DNA of 25,260 nt from a virus. Taxonomy: Duplodnaviria; Caudoviricetes. The notes beneath the pieces were generated by a model that saw nothing but the letters and a program-made list of their open reading frames with translations, was not told the DNA's origin and made no database searches. Each line of letters begins with the position of its first letter. Within the stretch, counting starts at the first letter, position 1. The DNA lies in IMG/VR virus record IMGVR_UViG_3300017909_003700, positions 1-25,260 of that record; one strand, given 5' to 3'. The translations under genes were made by a program, and so were the position numbers. Of the stretch, positions 1 to 9,013 are shown in pieces.

Positions 1-321
1 AAGGATATTTATAAACGAGACTATTGGGATAAATACAAATGTGAAGATCTTTCCGAAGATCTCCGTCATATCTATTTTGATATGTGTGTTAATATGGGTG
101 CTGGTCGAGCTACGAAAATCGTACAAGAAACAGCCAATGCTAAAGGAGCGGATCTAAAGGTCGATGGTTTCATCGGACCCAAAACAATCTCGGCCCTAAA
201 GGGTGTTGAACTTGAAAGAGTTCGCGCATATAGGGTGAAATATTATGCTAACTTAGTAGTAAGAAAACCTGACTTAGGTAAATTTTATTACGGTTGGTTT
301 AAAAGAAGCTTAGAAGTCTAA
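1..321 (+). CDS. Endolysin, glycoside hydrolase family 108-like with C-terminal peptidoglycan-binding region (5'-truncated)
   Basis: Frame 1 is open from base 1: KDIYKRDYWDKYKCEDLSEDLRHIYFDMCVNMGAGRATKIVQ...VDGFIGPKT...KFYYGWFKR. The IYKRDYW, FD..VN.G, VDG.IGPKT and F..GW..R motifs are typical of GH108 lysozymes. The track start at 82 is an internal Met. Confidence 0.88.
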   Translation, partial: KDIYKRDYWDKYKCEDLSEDLRHIYFDMCVNMGAGRATKIVQETANAKGADLKVDGFIGPKTISALKGVELERVRAYRVKYYANLVVRKPDLGKFYYGWFKRSLEV

Positions 322-332
322 GGAGAAAAATA

Positions 333-671
333 ATGGCTTTAAAAGATGCAGAAAGGCCGGGTGTAACAAACGAAAGTCCAATATCAGGCAGGCATGAACA
401 GTCACCCTTAGGTGACCTTGCCAAGCCAGATGTTTTCGCAGGTGAAGGTACACAAGGATTACAAAATGATCCAAGAATACCAGAGCCAGGAAAAGTTGAT
501 ATATTTGGAAGAGAAGGAATTGGTGGTATAAGCAATTTTTCTGATATACCAGATAGACAATTTATACCAGGATACAGAGGAACTTCAGGTAGACACGAAG
601 AAGGATCTACAACTTATGGAACTTTTAGTCCAGCACAGTTAAGTGAAAATGATCCTTTCGGAAATATTTAA
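333..671 (+). CDS. Hypothetical protein, 112 aa, Gly/Pro/acidic-rich, probably disordered
   Basis: AAGGAG at 320-325 precedes the ATG; ORF fills the gap between flanking genes; no transmembrane segment. Confidence 0.75.
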   Translation: MALKDAERPGVTNESPISGRHEQSPLGDLAKPDVFAGEGTQGLQNDPRIPEPGKVDIFGREGIGGISNFSDIPDRQFIPGYRGTSGRHEEGSTTYGTFSPAQLSENDPFGNI

Positions 672-680
672 AAAAAAGCC

Positions 681-709
681 TTTACTTTTACACTAAAAAG
701 GCTTAGATT
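681..709 (+). promoter_or_regulatory. Putative sigma70-like promoter, TTTACT-17 nt-TAGATT, with A-tract upstream and overlapping inverted repeat
   Basis: TTTACT 681-686, 17-nt spacer, TAGATT 704-709, A-run 670-677; inverted repeat AAGCCTTT 676-683 / AAAGGCTT 697-704. Confidence 0.5.
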
Positions 710-719
710 CTAATATAAT

Positions 720-3700
720 ATGAAGAGACTGTCTAAACAAATAGCATATCAAGCGGCATACGGAGATGAGTGTTTTGTTTGGGATAAGCAAGCTGTAAAA
801 GAGTTTATCGAATCAAGAGAAAAAATAACTGAAGCTGCAAAAGTTCAGGGTGTTTATTCTGATGAAGGGCTGTATGATTTCTTTGCAAGTTTTAAAGATT
901 TTAAAAAAGTATCAGATATTAAAGCAGCTCAAGTCTTAGGTTGGCCAGTTGTAGAATATATGCTTGATCAAAAAGCAAGCGATCCATTTTATGAATTAGA
1001 CTATATAGAAGATGATGGACACCTAATGGACGGAAGAGCAAGCGCAGTTTCTTATGGCGGTGCAATATTGGCAGGTGAAAAGAACATGAAGTCTGCTGAT
1101 AAAAAGTACATGAAAGAGATGGACCAAATAATAGCAGAACTAGGATGGGATGTATTAAAGTACATGGGTGTTGGACCTAATAGAAAAAGTCAGGTTGTAA
1201 TTATACCGTCAAAAGATATGGGTGAGATGCCTGCCAAAGTAAACGAAGATATAGTTTTAGAAGTTGTATACAAAGAAGGTAAAAAAGATTATACATTTGG
1301 ACCAGACTGGATGCCTACTAGTTTGGCTCAAAGAAAAAAGATGAAGCGCATACACAGAAAACTAAATAGAAGTATACGTGAAAGAGAAAACAATATTAAA
1401 AAATTAGTTGCAATATACCCAGGAAGATTTCAGCCGTTTGGTCCTCATCATAAAGCTTCTTATGAATTTTTAAAGTCTAGATTTGATGAAGTTTATATTG
1501 TTACAAGTGGAAAAACTGGCGGTGCGAGGCATCCAATGAATTTTGCTGAAAAGAAAAAACATATGATGAGAATGGGAATACCTGGTAAGGCAATAAAAAT
1601 GGAAAACCAGCCTTATATTCCGAAAGGTTTGCTGTCAAAATTTGATGAAAACACAACAGCTGCAGTATTTGCAGTAGGTGCAAAAGACGAAGGACGCCTG
1701 ACTTCTGGAAAATACTTTCTACCATACAGACAAAATTATAATAGACTAAAAGGATTTAAAGAGCAAGGATACACTTTAGAAATACCCCATACAAGCATTA
1801 AAGTCGGAGGCATGGAAATAAGCGGAACAACTATGAGAAAATTATTAAGCTCCAATAAGTTTGATTTAAAAGCTAAAAAGAAATTTTTTCAAAAGATGTT
1901 CGGATATTTTGATCAAAAAGTTTTCGATAAATTTACAACATCATTTTCAGAAGAAATAAAATTAGATGTTAATGTAGGTGACACTATTTTAGTTGGAAGA
2001 TTTAAAAATAAAAAAATTAAAGTTAAAAACATTGGAAAAGACAAACACGGAATGCCAACAATAAACGGCAGAAAGATTGTTAACTTTAGAAAATTAGATG
2101 AAAACAAACAACAGATTAAAACTCTACACAAATTTCTTACAAAATATACAAAGTCAGCGAAAAAAGCTTCTGATATGATCAACAAGAATTATAAAAGAGT
2201 AAAGAATCAATTCAGAGGAGATTCTACAAGAGATTTAGCAATGGCACTTATAGGTTATGACGCTATAGGCGAAAATAAAAGAAAGCCACGCAAGAAAGGT
2301 CAACATAGAAACTCACCCAATCATTCTGACTTATACACAGACGAAAATCCAAAAGGTACAATTAAAGGTTTAAAATTTGCAACTGTAAAAGATGCTCAAG
2401 CATCTGTTAATAAAATAAAAAGCAGTGGCAAATCACACGCACACAAAATACAAGCAGCAGTTGCTATGGAGCAAAGAGCAAAAGAAATGGGAAAGAAAAG
2501 TGCAGCAGCTGTTTACAGATCTTTCATAAATAAAATGAAAGAAAAAACAAAAAGAAAAAATGAATCAAAAGAAAAGGAGTTATTGCTTATGGGAGGAGCC
2601 TATGGACACATGGCACACCCGTTTGATGATTACGCATTGACCTTTGGAGAGCTAAAGGACATAATAGACTTAGGGTTACAGGGTAAATTAAATAAAGAAG
2701 AAGCCGTCACAGAAAAACTAGACGGACAGAATATAATGATCTCGGTTATAAATGGTAAAGCAAAAGCAGCGAGAAATAAAGGTGATTTAAAATCAGGTGG
2801 TATGAATTTAAGAGCTGTAAAGGCTAAATTCAAAAATCATATTCCTAGTGTTAAAAACGCATTCGTATTCTCTATGCAAGATATTGCTAGCTCTGTTGAA
2901 AGAATGTCTAAAAAAGATCAAGAAGCACTTTTTAATAACGGTAAAAACTGGGCAAATATAGAAATAATCTATCCAGAAAATAAAAATGTTATAGATTATG
3001 ATGGCGGTGCAACAATAGTTTTTCACGGAATATTACAATATAATGAAGCTTGGACACCTTCTGGCGAAGTAAAGTCAGGTGGTGCAAGACTTGCAGCAAT
3101 TATTAACAAAGTTAATGGAGCAATAAAAACTAAATTTGCTTTTAAAGGACCTAATGTAATTGAGTTACATAAGCCTAAAGACTATACTAAGCTTAAAGCA
3201 AAATATATCGGCTCTTTGAGCAAGTTGCAGAATATATATAGATTAAAGGATAGCGATGAGCTATCGTTATGGCATCAACACTTTTGGTTAGAATACATAC
3301 TAAACGGCGCAAATTCGACAGATTACCCAAACATACCAGATCATGTTTTATATCCTCTAATGAAGAGATGGGCATTTTCTGATAAAAGTTATAAAATGAC
3401 AGAGATAAATAAACTAAAAGAAGACTATCCAAAGTTTGTTGATTGGGTAAGGTCAACTGAAAAGTTAGATCATCAAGGAATGTTAAAAAAGAATATGTTG
3501 CCATTTGAACAAATATTCTTTGGTGTAGGTGCAGAAATATTAGCAAATGCAAGTAATTACTTAAGTGCAAATCCAGACAAAACGACACAAAAATTAAGAA
3601 ATGAATTGGACTCTGCATCAAAAGCTCTTATGGCAAAAAAAGACTTTTCAAATATAGGTAAATTAAAAGCACAACTTGCAAAACTAAAATCAATGCCGGC

Positions 3701-3821
3701 ATTATCAAAAGTCGCACCTTCAGAAGGTTTAGTTTTCAAGTACAAAGGAAAAGTTTATAAATTTACAGGTTTCTTTGCACCAATCAATCAGATTTTAGGT
3801 TTAGAAAAATTTTCGAGGTAG
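720..3821 (+). CDS. Multidomain protein: unknown N-terminal domain, HxGH-family (cytidyltransferase-like) nucleotidyltransferase, small basic domains, C-terminal RNA/DNA-ligase-like nucleotidyltransferase
   Basis: AIYPGRFQPFGPHH (about 1410-1451) and ISGTTMR (1818) mark the HxGH fold. TEKLDGQN (about 2709-2732), ARNK, NIEII, IVFHG, EGLVFK and YKF match ligase motifs I, Ia, III, IIIa, IV and V in order. Confidence 0.75.
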   Translation: MKRLSKQIAYQAAYGDECFVWDKQAVKEFIESREKITEAAKVQGVYSDEGLYDFFASFKDFKKVSDIKAAQVLGWPVVEYMLDQKASDPFYELDYIEDDGHLMDGRASAVSYGGAILAGEKNMKSADKKYMKEMDQIIAELGWDVLKYMGVGPNRKSQVVIIPSKDMGEMPAKVNEDIVLEVVYKEGKKDYTFGPDWMPTSLAQRKKMKRIHRKLNRSIRERENNIKKLVAIYPGRFQPFGPHHKASYEFLKSRFDEVYIVTSGKTGGARHPMNFAEKKKHMMRMGIPGKAIKMENQPYIPKGLLSKFDENTTAAVFAVGAKDEGRLTSGKYFLPYRQNYNRLKGFKEQGYTLEIPHTSIKVGGMEISGTTMRKLLSSNKFDLKAKKKFFQKMFGYFDQKVFDKFTTSFSEEIKLDVNVGDTILVGRFKNKKIKVKNIGKDKHGMPTINGRKIVNFRKLDENKQQIKTLHKFLTKYTKSAKKASDMINKNYKRVKNQFRGDSTRDLAMALIGYDAIGENKRKPRKKGQHRNSPNHSDLYTDENPKGTIKGLKFATVKDAQASVNKIKSSGKSHAHKIQAAVAMEQRAKEMGKKSAAAVYRSFINKMKEKTKRKNESKEKELLLMGGAYGHMAHPFDDYALTFGELKDIIDLGLQGKLNKEEAVTEKLDGQNIMISVINGKAKAARNKGDLKSGGMNLRAVKAKFKNHIPSVKNAFVFSMQDIASSVERMSKKDQEALFNNGKNWANIEIIYPENKNVIDYDGGATIVFHGILQYNEAWTPSGEVKSGGARLAAIINKVNGAIKTKFAFKGPNVIELHKPKDYTKLKAKYIGSLSKLQNIYRLKDSDELSLWHQHFWLEYILNGANSTDYPNIPDHVLYPLMKRWAFSDKSYKMTEINKLKEDYPKFVDWVRSTEKLDHQGMLKKNMLPFEQIFFGVGAEILANASNYLSANPDKTTQKLRNELDSASKALMAKKDFSNIGKLKAQLAKLKSMPALSKVAPSEGLVFKYKGKVYKFTGFFAPINQILGLEKFSR

Positions 3822-3824
3822 GTT

Positions 3825-4364
3825 ATGAATAGTGAAGACAGATATTTAAAAGATTTATTAACTGGTAAGACGCCAGAAAAACGCGTAATGGTAGGTTATG
3901 AAGGCAAAAAAGAAAAGTCAGGAGATAAAGTAAGCAGGCTTTCAGAAATAATGGCAGAAGCTAGAATGCCGTGGTTTTGTCCTAAGTGTAAAAAGATTAT
4001 GAAGAAGCAAGCAGACAATAAAATGTGGATGTATTTCGGTCACTGTTTAGAATGTCAAGTCGAAGAAGAACATAATATGAGAATGAACGGCACATTTAAA
4101 GAGTTTGCAGAAAAGAAAATTATAACAAGTAAAATTGATATGATTAAAGATCAAATAGTACAAATAAATGAATGGAAATCAAACACATCATTTGATAATG
4201 TAGAACCTGTAAATGTAGACACAGGATTTGTGCATATTGAAAAAAATGAATTAACACCAGACATGATTAAAGATGCAGAAGACGCAGTTGTTTTATTAGA
4301 AGAAAAATTAGTTGAGTTCGAAACAAGACTAAAAGAAATACAAGATGCAGAAAGACCTAACTAA
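3825..4364 (+). CDS. Hypothetical Zn-finger plus coiled-coil protein, 179 aa
   Basis: CPKC...CLEC pair; helical heptad-like C-terminus; GAGGT at 3815-3819; overlaps the terminase start by 20 nt. Confidence 0.8.
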   Translation: MNSEDRYLKDLLTGKTPEKRVMVGYEGKKEKSGDKVSRLSEIMAEARMPWFCPKCKKIMKKQADNKMWMYFGHCLECQVEEEHNMRMNGTFKEFAEKKIITSKIDMIKDQIVQINEWKSNTSFDNVEPVNVDTGFVHIEKNELTPDMIKDAEDAVVLLEEKLVEFETRLKEIQDAERPN

Positions 4365-5925
4365 TAAACAAATAAAAGAATACTTTAGAGAAGAGTATGT
4401 TAAGTGTGCTCTAGATCCGATATACTTTATGCGTCAATATTGTTTTATACAACATCCTGTCAAGGGAAAAATTAAATTTGATTTATACCCGTTTCAGGAA
4501 AGAACACTAAAAGATTTAAAAGAAAATGATTATAATGTTATCTTAAAAGCGAGACAGTTAGGTATATCAACATTAACAGCAGGTTACTCTTTATGGTTAA
4601 TGAATTTTCATAATGATAAAAACATATTGGTAATTGCTACTAAACAAGAAGTTGCTAAAAATCTTGTGACAAAAGTTAGAGTTATGCATAAACTTGCGCC
4701 TGACTGGCTGAAACAAGGTTGTGTTGAAGATAATAAATTATCGTTGCGATATAAAAACGGGTCACAAATAAAAGCAATATCATCAACAAGCGAAGCAGGT
4801 CGTTCTGAAGCGTTATCACTTTTAGTTATGGATGAGGCAGCATTTATTAAGAATATAGATGACATATGGGCTGCATCACAACAGACACTTGCAACTGGTG
4901 GTAAATGTATTGCATTATCAACACCTAATGGTATGGGAAACTGGTTTCATAAGACGTGGGTTGGTGCAGAAGAAGGATTAAACAATTTTAATTTTATCAA
5001 ATTACATTGGACAGTTCATCCAGAGAGAGACCAACAGTGGAGAGATGATCAAAATGCATTATTAGGTCCTGATATGGCAGCACAAGAATGTGATTGTGAT
5101 TTTATAAGTTCTGGCCAATCAGTTATTCCTGCAGCAATCATAAAAGAATATCAAGATAAATTTACATGTGAGCCAATAGAAAAAAGATATAATGATGGAA
5201 TGTGGATATGGAAACACCCACAGCCAAATAAAAAGTACTTAATCGGTGCTGACGTTGCGCGTGGTGATGGAAGTGACTACTCAGCTTTTCATATTATTGA
5301 TGTCGAGACACTTGAACAAGTTGCTGAATTTAAATCTAAAATAGACACAACAAGATATGCAGGAATATTAGCATCAATAGGTACAGAGTATAATGATGCT
5401 GTATTAGTTGTTGAGAATAATAATGTTGGTTGGGCAGTTTTACAAGTATTGTTAGATAGAGAATACAGAAATTTATTTTGGATGAAAAGAGATCTAAAGT
5501 ATGTTGATACAAAAACACAGTATACAAACAAATACAGAAGAGAAGACAGAAATCAAATACCTGGTTTTTCAACAACAATGAAAACAAGACCTCTTATTAT
5601 AGAAAAATTATCACAATTTATTAGAGAAAAACAAGTAAAAATAAATTCAATTAGACTGATCGATGAATTATATGTTTTTATATTTAATAATGGGAAAGCG
5701 GAAGCTTTTAAAGGCTATAATGATGACCTCGTCATGAGTATGGCAATTAGTCTCTGGGTTAGAGACACTAGTTTACGTCTTCATGAAGAAAACATGAGGA
5801 TAACTAAAGAAACAATGAACAAAATGGGAGCAAGCTCTGGTGTTTACACTGTTGAAGCAGAAGAAGATTATGGCTGGAAACAAAAAGTTGCCGGCAAAAA
5901 AGAATCACTAACTTGGTTAATATAA
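4345..5925 (+). CDS. terL: Terminase large subunit (T4 gp17-like)
   Basis: EYVKCALDPIYF N-terminus, LYPFQ adenine-binding motif, KARQLGIST (Walker A region), LLVMDEAAF (Walker B), STPNG coupling motif, GADVARG and DDLVM nuclease motifs. Confidence 0.96.
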   Translation: MQKDLTNKQIKEYFREEYVKCALDPIYFMRQYCFIQHPVKGKIKFDLYPFQERTLKDLKENDYNVILKARQLGISTLTAGYSLWLMNFHNDKNILVIATKQEVAKNLVTKVRVMHKLAPDWLKQGCVEDNKLSLRYKNGSQIKAISSTSEAGRSEALSLLVMDEAAFIKNIDDIWAASQQTLATGGKCIALSTPNGMGNWFHKTWVGAEEGLNNFNFIKLHWTVHPERDQQWRDDQNALLGPDMAAQECDCDFISSGQSVIPAAIIKEYQDKFTCEPIEKRYNDGMWIWKHPQPNKKYLIGADVARGDGSDYSAFHIIDVETLEQVAEFKSKIDTTRYAGILASIGTEYNDAVLVVENNNVGWAVLQVLLDREYRNLFWMKRDLKYVDTKTQYTNKYRREDRNQIPGFSTTMKTRPLIIEKLSQFIREKQVKINSIRLIDELYVFIFNNGKAEAFKGYNDDLVMSMAISLWVRDTSLRLHEENMRITKETMNKMGASSGVYTVEAEEDYGWKQKVAGKKESLTWLI

Positions 5926-5926
5926 A

Positions 5927-7705
5927 ATGGCAAAACAAGATACATTTTTCGATAGAATACAACGCTTATTTTCAACAGGCGTTATTGTACGTAATGTTGG
6001 CGGTAAAAAATTAAAAGTAGTTGATACCGACGATATTCAAGCAGGCTCTAGGTCACTTATGGACAGATACCAAAGATTATATTCTGGACAAAAAGGAATA
6101 GGATCTATGCATGGTTATAGTGGAGAGCTTGCAAAAGCACAGCGTATATCACTATTTAGAGACTATGAAGCTATGGATGATGATCCTATTATAGCATCTG
6201 CATTAGATGTATATGCAGATGAATCAACAATGAAGTCAGAGTATGGAAATGTTTTAGAAATAAAAGCAAATAATCCTCAAATACATGAAATATTGCATAA
6301 TTTATTTTATGATATACTAAATATAGAATTTAATTTATGGCCTTGGATTCGTAATATGTGTAAGTACGGTGATTTCTTTTTAAATTTAGATATTAAAGAA
6401 GGATATGGTATTATAAACGTATCACCTCTTTCTACTTACGACGTATCTAGAGTTGAAGACTTTGACCAAGAAAATCCTTACGATGTAAAATTTGTTCTAG
6501 ACTCAACAGATCCAAGAAACATGCCACAAAATGCATCTAATCAAGAATTACAAAATTTTCAAGTAGCTCACTTTAGATTACTATCAGACTCTAATTATAT
6601 TCCTTATGGAAAATCAATGATAGAAGGAGGAAGAAGAGTTTGGAAACAATTAAGTCTTATGGAAGATGCTATGTTAATTCACAGAATTATGAGAGCACCA
6701 GAAAAAAGAGTATTTAAAATTGATATTGGAAATTTACCGCCAAATGAAGTTGATACATACATGAAGCGTATTATTGATAAAATGAAAAAAGCTCCAGTAA
6801 TTAATGAAGATACAGGTGACTATAATTTAAAATATAATATGCAAAATCTAACAGAAGACTTCTATCTTCCAGTTCGTGGTGGTGATAGTGGAACACAAAT
6901 AGAATCACTACCAGGTTTAACTTATGAAGCAGTCGAAGATATTGAGTATTTAAAAAACAAATTATTATCAGCTTTAAAAATTCCAAAAGCATTTTTAGGC
7001 TTTGAAGAAAATGTTGGATCTAAAGCAACACTCGCTGCAGAAGATGTTAGGTTTGCAAGAACAATTGAAAGAATACAAAGAATTGTTTTAAGTGAGCTAA
7101 CAAAAATAGCAGTAGTGCATTTATACTCACAAGGCTATACTGATTCTGCATTAGTCGACTTTGACTTAGAACTTACTAGTCCCTCAACAATATATGAGCA
7201 AGAAAGACTAGATCTTTGGGAAAGAAAAAATAATATTGCAGAATCAATGAAAAGAGAAGGACTAATATCACAACAATGGATATACGATAATATATTAAAT
7301 TTTACAGCTAAAGATGTTGAGAAAATGCAAGATGAAATTGTAGACGACAAAAAACAAGCTTTTAGACTTTCTAGTATAGAAAATGAAGGTTCTGATCCTG
7401 CAAAACAAGCAGAAGAAGGGCAAATGAAAAGTGATGATGAGCAAGGTGGAATGGAAGACGAAGATACGAAAAGAGATACAGAAGACAGAGAGACATACGG
7501 CGTACGAGATGTAACAGGAAAGTATGATTATTTACATTCTGCACAAAGAGATGATAATCCAACAACACATAAATTTAGAAAAAGTCCACTAGCACTGGCA
7601 CACTTTGATGCTATGAAAAATAGCTTTGATAAGAAAGAAACACAATTATTAAAAGAAGTATCTGATATTGATGACGAACTTAACGGAACTAACAAGAAAA
7701 TTTAG
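5927..7705 (+). CDS. Portal protein (T4 gp20-like)
   Basis: KQLSLMEDAMLIHRIMRAPEKRVFKIDIGNLP, EDFYLPVRGG...TQIESLPG and DIEYLKNKLLSALKIPK are gp20-family signatures; directly follows terL. Confidence 0.96.
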   Translation: MAKQDTFFDRIQRLFSTGVIVRNVGGKKLKVVDTDDIQAGSRSLMDRYQRLYSGQKGIGSMHGYSGELAKAQRISLFRDYEAMDDDPIIASALDVYADESTMKSEYGNVLEIKANNPQIHEILHNLFYDILNIEFNLWPWIRNMCKYGDFFLNLDIKEGYGIINVSPLSTYDVSRVEDFDQENPYDVKFVLDSTDPRNMPQNASNQELQNFQVAHFRLLSDSNYIPYGKSMIEGGRRVWKQLSLMEDAMLIHRIMRAPEKRVFKIDIGNLPPNEVDTYMKRIIDKMKKAPVINEDTGDYNLKYNMQNLTEDFYLPVRGGDSGTQIESLPGLTYEAVEDIEYLKNKLLSALKIPKAFLGFEENVGSKATLAAEDVRFARTIERIQRIVLSELTKIAVVHLYSQGYTDSALVDFDLELTSPSTIYEQERLDLWERKNNIAESMKREGLISQQWIYDNILNFTAKDVEKMQDEIVDDKKQAFRLSSIENEGSDPAKQAEEGQMKSDDEQGGMEDEDTKRDTEDRETYGVRDVTGKYDYLHSAQRDDNPTTHKFRKSPLALAHFDAMKNSFDKKETQLLKEVSDIDDELNGTNKKI

Positions 7706-7711
7706 TTTTCT

Positions 7712-7726
7712 TATATTTATTAATGA
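7712..7726 (+). promoter_or_regulatory. Putative phage late promoter (ATATTTAT core)
   Basis: TATATTTATTAATGA in an intergenic gap; similar motif at 10305, 13234 and 19316. Confidence 0.5.
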
Positions 7727-7755
7727 ATTCATAAGAGACTTAGCTAAAGGTATAT

Positions 7756-8595
7756 ATGAAACACTCAAAATTTAAAAATGGCGGCTTATTATTTGAGTTG
7801 CTAACACGACAAATAACATCAGATGCGCTGAATGGATCGAAATCATCGCCGTCTACAAAAATTGTAAAAGAACATTTTAAAAAAGAAACTGAGCTGTTTA
7901 AAGAAGCTAAGATCTTTAATGTTTTACAACAAACAAAAATCAAAAATTCAGATCATGCAAAGCATTTAATTGAGACAACTATAAAGTCTTATAGAAAAAC
8001 AGTCAATCAATCAAAGCTTCGTAAAGAAAAATATGAGCTCATCAAAACAATTAAAGAAAGTTTTGATATGGATTCATTCTTTAAAGTCAGAATACCAAAC
8101 TATAAAATACTAGCATCTATATACAATGTACTTACAGAAGATTACACTGATCCAGAAAAATCATCTAAGAGCTATTATACAGTATTGGAGCATATTTCTT
8201 CTTACAAGAAAGAAAAAGAAGACCAAACTTTAACAGAATTAAAGAAGCAAAATAAAGATTTAAGGTTACTAGCTTACCAAATTTTAGTAGAAAAATTTAA
8301 TAAAAAATATAGTAAACTTTCTACTGATCAGAAAAAAGTTCTTAGAGAATATATTAATAGTGTATCTAGCACTGGAACTCTAAAGACATTTTTAGAATCA
8401 CAATTTAAAAACGTATTATTTGAATTAAAGAAGTATTACGGTTCTATAGACAATAAAGTGATTAAGATAAAAATTAAAGAATGCGTAAAACTGGTAAACG
8501 AAACAAAAATTGCAAAACCAAAAACAGCACACGTGTTGAAACTTATGAGATTTTATCAATTAGTTTCTGAGATAAAAAATGTCATTAAAAAATAA
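7756..8595 (+). CDS. Hypothetical basic helical protein, putative prohead/core component, 279 aa
   Basis: Long Lys-rich ORF between portal and protease; AAGG upstream; function inferred from position only. Confidence 0.75.
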   Translation: MKHSKFKNGGLLFELLTRQITSDALNGSKSSPSTKIVKEHFKKETELFKEAKIFNVLQQTKIKNSDHAKHLIETTIKSYRKTVNQSKLRKEKYELIKTIKESFDMDSFFKVRIPNYKILASIYNVLTEDYTDPEKSSKSYYTVLEHISSYKKEKEDQTLTELKKQNKDLRLLAYQILVEKFNKKYSKLSTDQKKVLREYINSVSSTGTLKTFLESQFKNVLFELKKYYGSIDNKVIKIKIKECVKLVNETKIAKPKTAHVLKLMRFYQLVSEIKNVIKK

Positions 8596-9013
8596 AAAAT
8601 TAGTAGAACTCTTAAAAAAGCTAATACGTAAAGAATTAAAAGAGCTGAGTGTAACAGGCGGAATTGATGGTGGTGAAGGCCCTCCAAAAACTCCTTATGC
8701 TTTTAGAGATCCTAAAGATGATGATAAAGACGAAGACGATTTAAAACTATCAGCTGGTATGAGTGTTGTAAAAGAAAATTACTGGCATTTTAGAAACGAT
8801 GAATCATTATCAACAAAACAAAAACTAGCTAAGTCTATGACTGAGATTCGCAATAGAATTACTGAGATAGAGAAACTAGTAAAGTATAATGTTAAACTTA
8901 AAAATGAAATGAGATTTGAGTCTACCAGATATATGAAAAGAACCAAGACAGCTCTTGGCAAGATTTCTGAAAAGCTCGTAAGACTCTCACACAAAGTAAA
9001 GGACTTAGTATAA
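8579..9013 (+). CDS. Hypothetical protein, putative prohead core protein, 144 aa
   Basis: Overlaps both neighbours; N-terminal LKKLIRKELKE, acidic linker, C-terminal coiled coil. Confidence 0.75.
   Translation: MSLKNKKLVELLKKLIRKELKELSVTGGIDGGEGPPKTPYAFRDPKDDDKDEDDLKLSAGMSVVKENYWHFRNDESLSTKQKLAKSMTEIRNRITEIEKLVKYNVKLKNEMRFESTRYMKRTKTALGKISEKLVRLSHKVKDLV

Noticed and set aside
3819-3827. TAG-GTT-ATG in-frame junction suggesting amber readthrough or TAG recoding
   Set aside because: Long conserved genes have no internal TAG, other TAG stops (7705, 18338, 19310) are soon followed by in-frame TAA, and the downstream gene has its own GAGGT SD.
4345-7705. Intein or intron in terminase or portal
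   Set aside because: Lengths and motif spacing are ordinary; no splice-junction or homing endonuclease motifs seen.
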